The translations under genes were made by a program, and so were the position numbers. This document shows, piece by piece, positions 52,705 to 64,000 of a stretch of 64,000 nt of DNA. Position 1 is the first letter of the stretch. The number at the start of each line of letters is the position of its first letter. The notes under the pieces were generated by a model that was given only the letters and a program-made list of their open reading frames with translations, searched no databases and had not been told where the DNA came from. The stretch is taken from the NCBI GenBank assembly GCA_977030845.1, contig OZ365112.1, positions 21,266,001 through 21,330,000 of the forward strand, in the 5' to 3' direction. This stretch comes from Fimbriosthenelais zetlandica (taxonomy: Eukaryota).

Positions 52705-55700
52705 TGATAAATCGGAAGACGAAATAACACTTAAGAGACATACTGAAAATTGTCTATGACCAAAACCCACTGACGGATGGTCCTACCTTTCATCAAGCCT
52801 ATACTGTTAAAAATTCTTCAATTCATTGGCCCCTGGATCCCTAAATCTGAATTAAATTTAATCAAACGTGTTGCCTTTCTGTTCAAACCTGTCCCAAAAT
52901 GAGAATCAAGGATGCATGGAAAAGTATTTTCTAGGTAAGAATGGGAACAAGTGTTTATAGCAAAGACTGCCGTCAAAACCTGAAACTGACACTTCAGGAT
53001 CCATGGGAACCAGTCTAAAATCTAAAAGAAGTAATAAAATTTAATTTTATCATCTTCCTGTAGCCTACTAGCTAATGAATCTATGCATGAAATGCGTGGC
53101 TGACAATGAGAACTATGACAAAAAGTGATTAATGATATTAACCGGTTTCTACAACAAAATACATGGCTGAAATTAATGCACCTTCCTCTAATAAATACAT
53201 AAATAATGGGTGGATGCCAGCATTAAAATGTCAATCCAAATAAGGTTTTTATCACTAAGCTCTATAGATCATTTTGACCCTTTCTAGTTCCCTTTTATCG
53301 CTTTATCTGGGAGACGACTAATTTTTAATTAGTTATTGACTTATTAAAAGTACTCAAATCTCATTTATTTTGTAGATTTATAACATTTGAAAGGCAGGAA
53401 GAGAATGGGGAGGTAGTGGGGAGCAGCTGTGAAGGGGAACTACGAGCAGTGCTAACCTTTTCAAAGAATAAACTCTAAAATAAAGAGAAAATGGTATAAT
53501 TATGTTCCACATATTTCTCCGTAATTTTGATCTTCGTAAATTCAGCCTAATTATAGAAGCAATTATTCAATTATATATAGTTACGCTGTATGGAGGATAA
53601 ATTGATTCTACGTCATTGATTAATATCTCACAACAAATATTTTTTATCCACTTAGTAATAATATCAGAGGATAATTTGTCCATGTCTACGGAATCTGGGT
53701 CTGGGCAATAATAATTGTGGTCTAACGTGTGACAGTTGGCGATGGCCTCATATCATCGTATTTAGGCCCACGTGAAAGGACAAGGTGAATGAAGCGATCC
53801 GTGGATGCGCTTTAAGAAGCACTGAAGTAACACGCGTCATATGAGGGGATGCAATGGAAAAACAAGTCAGGCGACTTAGGACTAGCATTCAATAAATTGC
53901 TGGTTATACAAGGTAACCTGGCTAAAGCATGATACATGCCTTGAATGTAGTACTTTATTTATGTATAGATGTATATGTCTTTGTAATTCTAGCACAGTGT
54001 CAATGGACGATGTTGAAGGTCTCATTATTATTGTGAATTTAAGCTTCTAATCAACCCCAATTTCGAAAGTCCTTGAACTATATCAACCAGACACTTTGAG
54101 ATTATGAACCTATTAGGTCACATCATATATCATTCAACAAATTAACTGATTACTATGCCTGATCCATTAATCAATGGAGTGAACTACAATTAGATTTAAT
54201 TATTTCCCCCCGAAAAGGACGGAAGGCAAATTGCAATAATTGTGAAAATTGGGTATTTCAAAAATACCTTGGATATTTAGGCATTTTGGAATTTTTATCT
54301 TGTTAATCAACAAGCACAAAATTAGGATCATATATCATATTGAACCAATCTGCTTCAATTTATTAGTACAGTGTTTTAGTGCCTGCAAAAAATCCTTTCT
54401 ATAGTCTCTCTGCATGTGGCCTTATCGGCAATGCAAAACAGAAGTCTTTGCAGGTATAGACTTTTTCTTCTTTATTTCTCATAACCCCACTGACATACTT
54501 TAAAGGCGATACACATTCTGCCTTGTTTTATTTATGAGCCTTACAGAATAAAATACCACCTTTGGAAGAGAACAGTCTCGTCTCCCCCCGTTTGGTTGGT
54601 TCTCGTAAGGGACTTTTTGCTTGCTCTGAAAGCTTTATATTTGTCCTTGTCCATATTCTCTGATAGAATTTCATTCTTCCTTTGATAAGGAAAGCTGTTT
54701 CTCTCTCACACAATTATACCAATTGGAGACAAGGTCACGTGTCTGGCACAACAGTAACCTGCGTGGACACAGTGATCAGATTTGGAAAATGTTTGATAGC
54801 CCTTACCTGACCAGTTGAAAGTCTAAATTAATTACCGTACGTATTTTCTTTCTGAACAAATGTCATGCAGGCGAGCAAAAACGTTAACATTATAAGGAAA
54901 CTTGTTCTACAGCAGCGATATTTGCTGTTCCGTGTGTCAAGTTAAAAATAATTTCAGCCTGCAGCTTCTTGACAGACATTATACATCAGGGACATAAACC
55001 AGTTCTGATAATTATACATATAGGGCATCGCGAGTATTTATGCTTCACTTGTGAATCCAGTTACAATTTAAGAGCCAATTTTACATCAGGCTACATTTCC
55101 ATACTTTTCTCATCTTTGCGCCATATATACCCTTTACTAGTGTGTACCCAGCAGTTCCAAAGTGTTAATATCATTAATGTTATGGCCCTAATTATGTAGC
55201 TTCAAGGTCACGTAGAACTATGGCATCATATGGTAATTATAATGAATTGTGTTAGTCATTAAGGGACTACCCCATTCGAAACAAACCAATTGCCTGGCCC
55301 AAACGGGTAGATAGCATTTGTTGATCTCCCACTCTTTGCCTAAACTACCAAAACGTCATATCATTGATTTAAAGCCACATTTTGAAAGACAATGACAACA
55401 TACGTACTAATGGCCTCACAAGTGACAAGAATATATAATGTCTACAATAAAGGCGTGCCCCATTACCGCTGTAAGAGACCATTGCATCAAACAAACCAAA
55501 AAAAAATGTTTTGTCAAATACTGTAACAACAATGGAATCATTACCTCTATTATCTGGAGGTCTTTTGGATTTCGCCATGGTTCAGGTGAAAACGCAGGAC
55601 GAGAAGACAATGGAAATAGATAACCCATCCTCTCTTTCTCCAAATCTAAAGACGAAGTCATTCCTCAATAGATCCTCAATGAAGCAGTATTTGAACAAAT

Positions 55701-58700
55701 AGATCCAAAATGAGGTAAGATTGTTTAAAGGTGTACGGTGCAAGGAAATCCAATAAAGGTATGTGTGCACAACCCATATGCTAATACACTGTTGAGCAAT
55801 GTCCCCAATTTGGAACAACAGAGCATTTGCGGAACTGGCAGGCTTGACCAAATTACCACTGGTCATTTTATTTATTTTTAGGACTGATACATTCACCCTT
55901 GTACTATTTATTACACCACTTTATACTGGCTTCGATATGCATGAGTACTAGGACCGAGCATAACAAATCTTGTTACTAAAATTGGCGTTTTTGAGAGGAA
56001 CCCGATGAACCTGGGATGTGTTTTCGAATTATAGGCACTTGGCACATGAATCATCGTATTCTTCCATATAGGCCTATATATCTTGAGGAGTTATAAAAGG
56101 CTCTATATTTACTGACATCCCTATCTCATTGGGAATCGGTACTTCTGTACCTTGTCTACAGACAAAAAATACCTCCTTGTTTTTTCAACTGTCTCGAGAC
56201 GGGAAAAAATGACGGAAATATTTTGGTTGTCTCAAGAACAGATGCACCCTGTTTGTGTCCAACCAGATTGGGATAATATCAAGTTAAAACTACTATTATT
56301 CTTTTGTTGCAAATCCGCAAATATTTTTTGTATCTTTGCAAAAACATCAATCTTTTATACATGAGTGCTCAAGTTAAAATACATTGTCACTAGCACTGGT
56401 ATGATGTGTAGCAATGCCTTTCCGCTCTCCTAAATTCTAAGTAAAGCAATAATTGAACGGTTTCTCTTATTAATGAGGATTGACAGAAAAGATCTGCATG
56501 TTCGAGGTTAAAATGAGGATAAATTGCTGAATTGTAAAAATGAAGGGGCCCTATAGTGAAATTTATACATTTTACTTCTTAGTTATAACGTGTGTCAGAG
56601 GGATATCCCCGTTATAGTCACTGCAATAAAACCTAGGGTTCTATTGTTCAAACTAACTCCCTATGGCCACATAGATGGCCTGCAATCTTTGGAGCTGATT
56701 GCTCAAAGTCTTATCACTTAGTGTGAACATTAATTTATTCAAGGTAGAAATAGTTCTGTCTGATCGTTCATCATCAATCTTTCTCGTGTTCAACACTAAT
56801 TTGTTCCATATGAAGGATGGTCTTTAATAATGCCTCGAGCATGTCTTGTGATGCTCTATTGAGTTTTCTCCGTGTGCATTAGAAATATATTCTGGATATT
56901 CTGCACTTTTAATGAGGTTTCGACTAATCTTATCAAAAGATGTCTATTAGAAATAGATATATTTAATTTTGAAATAGATTATACGTGTTTTCTTATGCAT
57001 TAAAGCTATATGTGCACACTGGTAACAGGGGAAAATCAAACACTGACACCTTTGTCACCCAAAGACATGGAAATACAAGGGTTGGGTGGAGTACAAGGGT
57101 TGGGTGGCGATTCTATACAGATAGGTAAATAGAGATTTGGTGTGTTGTTGAGGATGTTTTTATGTGGTGTCCTTTTGTGTCTTCACTGTTTGGTCATGTC
57201 ATTTTGATACCTGTATATTTCCTCTCTTTCCTGACACCCATTTTCAAGATCATTCTTGACACCCAGTAGGTCTACACTATAAATGACCGACTGGGGTGAT
57301 TACGACCCTGCCAATGATAAGGCTGCCAACATTAAACAAGACAATATCGAGGAAGCTATTCATCAATTATGTCGGTATTGTGACCTTTATTAACTAGTGA
57401 TCAGTTAATGTGAAAATTGTATTATAGATTAAAACATTTTCCATTGATAATCCAAGAAAAGGACCCAGATATTATAGAAGTTTCAAAAATAGGAATTAAT
57501 ATTAGTTATAACAATGACATAAGGCTCTAGCAACATCAGGGTGGTATCTAGCCCTGGTCTTCATGTTGTTTCCTGACCAAATTATATACACTTATATACA
57601 AACTAAAGTGTTCCAATAAGTGTTGATGCCTATCTTGGAAATGTTGGAATGTTGGTTGACTCAAAGATTCCCCAATTTACTCTCTTAGTGCTGATTTTAA
57701 GTGAGTTACCGGTATCTTAAACTTGGCGTCTTAATTGGCGCGATCCCCTTGAAGATAGTAATGTGCTTCAGGTTCGTAACACTAGGTAGTGTTAGGTCCT
57801 CGTAGGACACGCTTGAATCGGGATTTTTCAAATCATTTTAATGCTACTCCCGAGAAGGCAGCACATGCTGGCAAGGTGAAGAGAGATATTCATCCTTTGA
57901 GGATCGAGGTTTTGGAAATTATTGGCCAGTCTTAGTTATTAGTCTTTTCCTCCTTAAAGGGTATTGTAATTGTCGATGGTCGGCTACACTATTCTTATTA
58001 TTACCGTAGGACTTTTCTCTGCAACTAGTTTCTTTCTTTTCTGCTTCATATAGCTTTTCCGATAGGAATTTTCGCATGGTTTTCAATATGAATTGTATTT
58101 CGTTTTTGACGTGAGGTATGGTAATATTAAATTGCAGATTACTGGTGGAAGGATTGAACGGTGAATATATTATTGAATGAAAAACAATAAATTTATTAAA
58201 ATTACAAAGATACAACTATATAAAAATATAGTCGTCTATTTCTACCATTTATAAATACGGAATATTTCCTAAAATATAGCATCAAAATAATAAAATCGGA
58301 AGACCATAAAAGAATGTAGACCTACATACCAAAATAAAATATAACACTCTAAGTTTGCATGTATGAACTCTACACTATCCATAATGTGTCTACCCTTTAA
58401 ATCATGATAGATCTTTTAAAAATACAGGCAATTGAGGAGGTAATAGTGAGGTTGTTTAGAATATAGCCAAATTTATAGCCAAACATTATAGCAGACATGT
58501 CTAAACTATATCCAAATATTGTAAATATAGCCAAACATACACACGATATATATAGCATTTCCTTACCTACATTGAATAATTAAAATAATTTGTCATATGA
58601 CTGCTAAAAATTAACAAGTATAATCCATAAAATTATATAGAAAGATTATGGTAACATTCACAATAGAAACCAATGTAGCAATAGCTCTAAGTGGCACCTA

Positions 58701-59157
58701 AAGGATTATTTACACCATCAAAAGATCGCTGTGAAATTTGACAATAGAGAGAATCTGTCACTGACTTCCTGCAGCATCAGGTTGTCTGGACTGCGAAGAC
58801 ACTCGTGCACCCGACCGAGGGCACTCGCGTGTTGGCAATCAGTTTCCCCTCATGCAGCCTTCACTTAGTCTTAATGTTATGACATAAATATCGAGTTTAG
58901 TGTTACATTTAGTACTCGGATGTGTAACACCATATTACTTGGCCAGATTGGCACAGATGTTATAAATACAAGAGCTTTTGATGGTATAATTAAACCTACA
59001 ATAACCTACAACAACTTGGCACACAAATCACTCGACTAAGCTTTAAATCTCAAAAGTGGTTTACCCGCACCGATCTCGGTATACCTCTTAGAATTTGCAT
59101 TATAGCAATGTCATAACAACAGGCCATATAGACAGTTCATTTTAAAATCGAGTAGAA

Positions 59158-59331
59158 CTACAAATCTTTGCCTAGTCGCTCAATTTCTTTTATAACAAAG
59201 TCCATATCCTGACTAGTAGCCTGTAGGTTGGACACAACCATTCTGAAGAAGTTCACCTTCTCTCTCTGAGGCTGGTAGCCAATAAGCATAGTGCCTTCCA
59301 GCATCATCCTCTCCTTGATTTTAGGGGCCAC
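59158..59331 (-). CDS. Decarboxylase last coding exon
   Basis: [21 protein letters not shown]...[10 protein letters not shown]...[16 protein letters not shown] then TAG. Confidence 0.93.
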   Translation of the reverse strand: MAPKIKERMMLEGTMLIGYQPQREKVNFFRMVVSNLQATSQDMDFVIKEIERLGKDL

Positions 59332-62300
59332 CTTTAATCAGACAGATATTTCAGTTAGTTCATTAATTACTGCACTTAAAAAAATCTTTGGGAGTGTACG
59401 AAACCTCGTAAAATACGAATTTCAGTTAAACATAAAAAGCCTACCTGCGCCATCTTCTCCCACCACTCTGGCGTCTCTGGCTGACCTCTCATGCTTGGTG
59501 GTATGAACCAGAAGCAGACATTTGTACACTCGGGCTAGAAATATAAAGATTCCAACGTACATTGTACTTCTCATAAAAACGTAAATGAAAGACGTATTTG
59601 AAAATATCAAAGAGAAAGACACAAAATATGTTTTGCGTTAAACTCACCTCTTCAAAAACAATGCGGAATCCCTCTGTCTTCATAATCCCCTTGGCTAAGT
59701 ACCTGAAGATAAGTATCCTTTGTTTCAGTCCAGTATATTATCATAGAACTATATCTATAGATATAGTTCTATGATATTATAATAAGGACTTAAAGTAGTA
59801 ATTGTCTCAAAGGACTCATAAAACTATACTAGGGGTGTACATGGGTCCCCTTTTTTATGCCCGTGTGTGTCAGAATGTCGCAAAATGTCGCTTGTCAGTT
59901 TTCGGTAGGCTTGTGTGTCGCACCCATTATACTAGTTAATTTAACAGCAATGTACCATCAAAGTCAACTTACTTTGCCTGATCGAAGACATTGTTAATCT
60001 CCTCCTCAAATCCAAGATTACCCTTTGCCTTCCACATGAGCCACAGTTTGAAGACATCCACTTTGCGACCACACTGGATGGACTTGTCCCCAGTATCATA
60101 CGAAACATCATAGCTCTTGTCCTGTTGAAATAGGTAGGAGGCGTTGGCACTGTGACATTCTTTGAGGAGGTTCTCATGCTTGGTGAGGAAAGCACAGCAC
60201 TGAAGAGGAGTACCCATCATCTTGTGAGGGTTCCAGGCAATGGAATCAGACCTGAGAGAAATAAAATTATAGTAGCCCTATGATATAATATTATATAATT
60301 ATATAAATAGAACCTTCTCGAAGGGCCCCAAATCTATAGACAATAGTGTTTCAATTGAGTATTCAAATTGTTTCAACTTACAATTTGCACTGAACACTTA
60401 ATGAGGATTGTAGTTGGGATTACCTTTCAATGCCTTTGAGGAGGTGTCTGTATTTTCCAGAGAGGAGAGCACCACCTCCCCAGCAGCAGTCAACATGGAG
60501 CCAAAGACCGTATTTCTCACAGACATCAGCAATAGGATGGAGTGGGTCATAGGCACCTACTACTGTGGTCCCACTAGTAGCATCCACAAAGAAAGGTTCA
60601 TATCCCTGAACAAAATAAAAGTCATCCAAGCTGTTCAACATTATCTCTACACTATGTGATCATCTCAAGCTGCTCTAAAATTTTCAACATCAAGAGCTCG
60701 TTATTTTTCGTTTTTCATTTATCTTATTATAGATTAACACAAACAATTTACATCTACCTCTTCTTTTGACTCGATTATCATCCTCTCGAGTTCTTCAGGG
60801 ATCATTCTGCCATATTTGTCAACTGGCACTGTACGAACATTGTTGATGCCAATTCCAAGGAACGCGGCACCCTTATTGAGAGAATAATGTGCCTGGAATA
60901 ACAGTAGATAAGCAAGATAATGCAAATGATCTAACAAAATTAGTAAAAACGTCACAAATTTCAATCATCAAACGATGGAAATACTTATAAGTGAGCTTAC
61001 ATCCTGAGAGATGAAGAGACAGAGTTTCTTGCCATGCATTCCCTCAGTTTTAACTTCAGGGAACCTCTTGTAACGAGCAAGACTCAAGCCATACATGTTG
61101 GAAATACTCCCACCTAACAGAAATAGGAACGACAATCCCTTTATAAAAACTTACATATATGATATAGAATATCCAACAATAGATCATATATACTGGGTGC
61201 ATGACGATCTACTTAACACATAAGTATGAATGTGATTGAGTATCTCGACAAGTAAATAACGAATAAGTACACAATACTGAATTATCAAATTTGAAGTTAA
61301 AACAGAGGTCTCTGATGACATATATGGGACTGAGTCATAATCTGCAGTCATTATTTCCTTATTATCTAAAAATTAGTATTGGGAAAACTGTAAGCATAAA
61401 AACTGTAAGCAATATTAGAATTTTTATCACTCCAAAATAAATGATAGGGTTATATAGATTTCCCGTTCCCCACAGTGATATCAGGTGATATTATACCGAT
61501 ATTATTGCCGAATATATGGCAAGTATTCCTGGGACAAACCATGTCGCATCAGAAAGTGATATTTCTTATTCATACATGTTTTCCACATAGTTATCGACGA
61601 CGCAGAACTTGTAATAGAAGTGTTAACTACATATCTGCCTTTAATTAGATACTGCAGCATTTCGAATTTTAGAAAATTGGGTAGAATAATTCGAAACATG
61701 TCTATAGTTAAATAAAAGAGTAGCACGATGGTAAAGTATTATATCGATCACAAACTACATGTATTAATTTGTTACAAGTCAGAGTAGAATTTTGGCACTT
61801 CAGGACCACATCTTTGGTCTACCATTTTCGGAATATTGAATACCTGGGCAGAAAATGCCATCTCCCGCCACATAGCCGATGATGTCTCGCATTTTCTTCA
61901 ATACAACCTGTTCCATTAGTGTGAAGACAGGAGCAACTTCAAAAGTATACCTGAAATTTTTATTTTAACCTAAGTATTGCATAATTGCATTGTCAAGATG
62001 AGGTGCATACCTGTAGAACATAGAAGGTCTTGATAATTATTCGAACACGGTTTGAAAGGTTTAATAAGATTTTGGTTTATAGCATCATATGACACAATGT
62101 CATGTGTCCAGCTTCAATTTGGCTCCAGCTTACTCAAGATTTCACAAAGTAGTATTAAGAATGTGTAAATGACGCTAATAGATAGCAGGAATATGACCTT
62201 CCTATCGTCATCAACAGGTATACACCAGGAGACCGTGCCCATGACATCTTGCTATACAATGTCCGACATCTGAGTCCGGTTGTCAGTGACAGTGAGAAAG

Positions 62301-63663
62301 TACAACTTTATTATTCATTTCTTTTCAGAACATCAAGTAACTTAGTCATATATTGTATATAACTGAATAAAAATATGTGAATTAATGTTTCTTAAAATAG
62401 CACTGGACTTCAGATGGTGATGGATGGGGGTGGGTGGACTGTGGTAGGAGGGAATATTGCGTTTGTTGCAGAATGTGTGCAGCTGCAGGATGGCGGGTGC
62501 ATAGGTCTTACGACAGTATAATGTATCATCCTGAGTGAAGGGGTAAAGTGAAGACATTACAAGGGACACTTACTGGCTTGTATTCACTGTATCGGAGAGC
62601 CAGGCACCTGCAAGGCCGACCTTGTCAAACCCGGAGAACAGTTGGTTGAAGAAATATGGATGACCTACAAAAAGAAAGATTTGTTGAACAATATGCTGCA
62701 GGGGATCATCCATTGCAAAAGGGAGGGGGCATTCAAATTGATAATAATATCCTTAGCTTAAAAGTAGCATTGTTTTATGACTATGAGTTGTATCGAGGAG
62801 TAGGCCTACTCACCTGTCTTGACACTGTACTTGATGGTGTCGCGACAGGCCTGTAATAACTCTTCATCTGATACCCCTTTATCACTAAGTTCCAGATCAA
62901 GTTTCTTCATCAGCTCCTTAGGGTGCTTGAAATCCACCACTTTGCTGATAGAAAAAAAGCATAATTTAGAAACATTGTCAGAATTACTAGTATCGTTTAC
63001 CAGGTTCTGGATTCTTTGTTTTGCGAATAGTAGGCCTATAATTATTATATACCAGAGATCTTTCTTTATTTTCATTCGTTATCAATTTTACTAAATATCC
63101 GCACCCTGTAAATCTTTTATTTTTTATCCGTAGGTGTATAATGTTAACTGTAGGCTAATTGTCAGAGTTGTACTCATTATGCGATATCTAGAGTAATCTT
63201 GATTACACACTATGATTACGCTTTCAAACCCTATATAATGTGCCTTCTGGCACTGAGAGAATTAAGGTTAATGCAAGGATTATGCATACATAAAAGTGGA
63301 TAGAAAACCTTAGCTGTTTGGTTCTCATCAAAACATATATAGAAAGACCATTTGAATAATTACTTATTAATATCAAACGACTCCTCGACTCCTTCTCTGA
63401 CAAGAATGTCAAAGACTTGTTGCAAAAAAATGTTGCTCTCTTCAGAGAGACAGCTGGAATGATTGCCATTCGCATGGCCGTTGGCTTTTCCTGGAGAAAA
63501 ATAGATAATTGATACGTGTTATTTAACCATTATTTTGATTTACTCTTCTTTTATAGATGCAATTATCCATAAATTGTAATTTTTATGTAATATTGTGGGT
63601 ATCTAGACGTATAAGATATAAGTAACATTCATTACCATCCATGGTATATCCGTTGGCAGCCAT
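59158..63663 (-). CDS. GADL1/CSAD: PLP-dependent acidic amino acid decarboxylase (cysteine sulfinic acid decarboxylase / GADL1-like, group II), 12 exons, about 503 aa
   Basis: Exons 63663-63636 (tentative), 63490-63364, 62944-62814, 62664-62574, 61950-61844, 61113-61001, 60892-60758, 60605-60424, 60251-59973, 59702-59648, 59534-59445, 59331-59158 splice GT-AG into 1512 nt incl. TAG. Motifs [74 protein letters not shown]. Confidence 0.93.
59445..59534 (-). CDS. Decarboxylase exon 11
   Basis: [30 protein letters not shown]. Confidence 0.92.
59648..59702 (-). CDS. Decarboxylase exon 10
   Basis: [18 protein letters not shown]; GTGAGT donor. Confidence 0.9.
59973..60251 (-). CDS. Decarboxylase exon 9 (PLP-binding Lys)
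   Basis: [19 protein letters not shown] (Lys codon 60221-60223)...[39 protein letters not shown]. Confidence 0.95.
60424..60605 (-). CDS. Decarboxylase exon 8
   Basis: [22 protein letters not shown]...[15 protein letters not shown]...LKGIER. Confidence 0.94.
60758..60892 (-). CDS. Decarboxylase exon 7
   Basis: [19 protein letters not shown]...[18 protein letters not shown]. Confidence 0.93.
61001..61113 (-). CDS. Decarboxylase exon 6
   Basis: [37 protein letters not shown]. Confidence 0.93.
61844..61950 (-). CDS. Decarboxylase exon 5
   Basis: [36 protein letters not shown]. Confidence 0.93.
62574..62664 (-). CDS. Decarboxylase exon 4
   Basis: [31 protein letters not shown]; GTAAGT donor. 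Confidence 0.93.
62814..62944 (-). CDS. Decarboxylase exon 3
   Basis: [21 protein letters not shown]...[11 protein letters not shown]; GTGAGT donor. Confidence 0.92.
63364..63490 (-). CDS. Decarboxylase exon 2
   Basis: tttctccAG|...[10 protein letters not shown]...[21 protein letters not shown]|GTAATT; joins in frame to KVVDF. Confidence 0.8.
63636..63663 (-). CDS. Decarboxylase putative first coding exon ([10 protein letters not shown])
   Basis: ATG at 63663 with an upstream in-frame stop, second ATG in ACCATGG context, phase-1 donor G|GTAATG matching the next exon; no homology support. Confidence 0.5.
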
Positions 63664-64000
63664 TTGGAACCCGCAAAATATTGAAGACTAGAATAGATAT
63701 CGGAAAAGAAAATTGATAACATTGCAGTGAATGTACAGACAGTCTCTTTAAATATTCCATTTCCAGGATGAAGCCATGTATAGTACTTCAATTCATAAAT
63801 AATTGACTCGATGAGGCAGATGAAAAAGCAGGGTTTACCTGCCCGATTGAAAACATGCATAATGCAACATCAATTCGTGTGTAGGCCTAATTACTGCTTT
63901 CATTTACCCAGAACAGGGTATGGAATTTTAGTTTCCCAATTCGTCATTTAATGCACAATGACAATGATAAAGTTTGGTCAAGAATAGGTCAGCTTAACCC

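Noticed and set aside
55369-55896. Two minus-strand ORFs in one frame separated by a single TGA (about 175 codons)
   Set aside because: No recognisable homology; readthrough or selenocysteine unsupported; compatible with chance or a decayed element.
14115-63663. Functional link between the decarboxylase and the collagen
   Set aside because: Same strand but 45 kb apart in a eukaryote, with no shared pathway evidence.
1-64000. tRNA, rRNA, CRISPR arrays or intact transposons
   Set aside because: No cloverleaf, rRNA-like block, repeat-spacer array, long transposase/RT ORF or paired terminal repeats found by eye.

Overview
AT-rich eukaryotic (animal) genomic DNA with two intron-containing genes, both on the minus strand, separated by about 45 kb with no recognisable gene. 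(1) 1-14114: the 5' part of a giant secreted collagen: signal peptide, two Cys-framed vWA domains with degenerate MIDAS motifs, then 22 exons giving 874 consecutive Gly-X-Y triplets (2,622 residues, only two Gly->Ser imperfections), still open at the left window edge. All 24 introns are GT-AG and phase 1. The helix is dominated by GPS/GPA/GPR/GEx, has no Lys, Cys, Met, Trp, Tyr or His, and was built by exon duplication, including a 64-triplet higher-order repeat with one precise intron loss. Length, terminal globular domain and X-position Pro with Y-position Ser/Ala fit the classically described giant annelid cuticle collagens (inference; organism unknown). (2) 59158-63663: a 12-exon, about 503-aa PLP-dependent acidic amino acid decarboxylase of the CSAD/GADL1 type. 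The interval between holds minisatellites, a recent 250-bp local templated insertion, candidate regulatory patches and unidentifiable decayed sequence. Most ORFs in the supplied track over 1-11 kb are antisense or off-frame shadows of the collagen exons. All counts were made by hand from my own translation.
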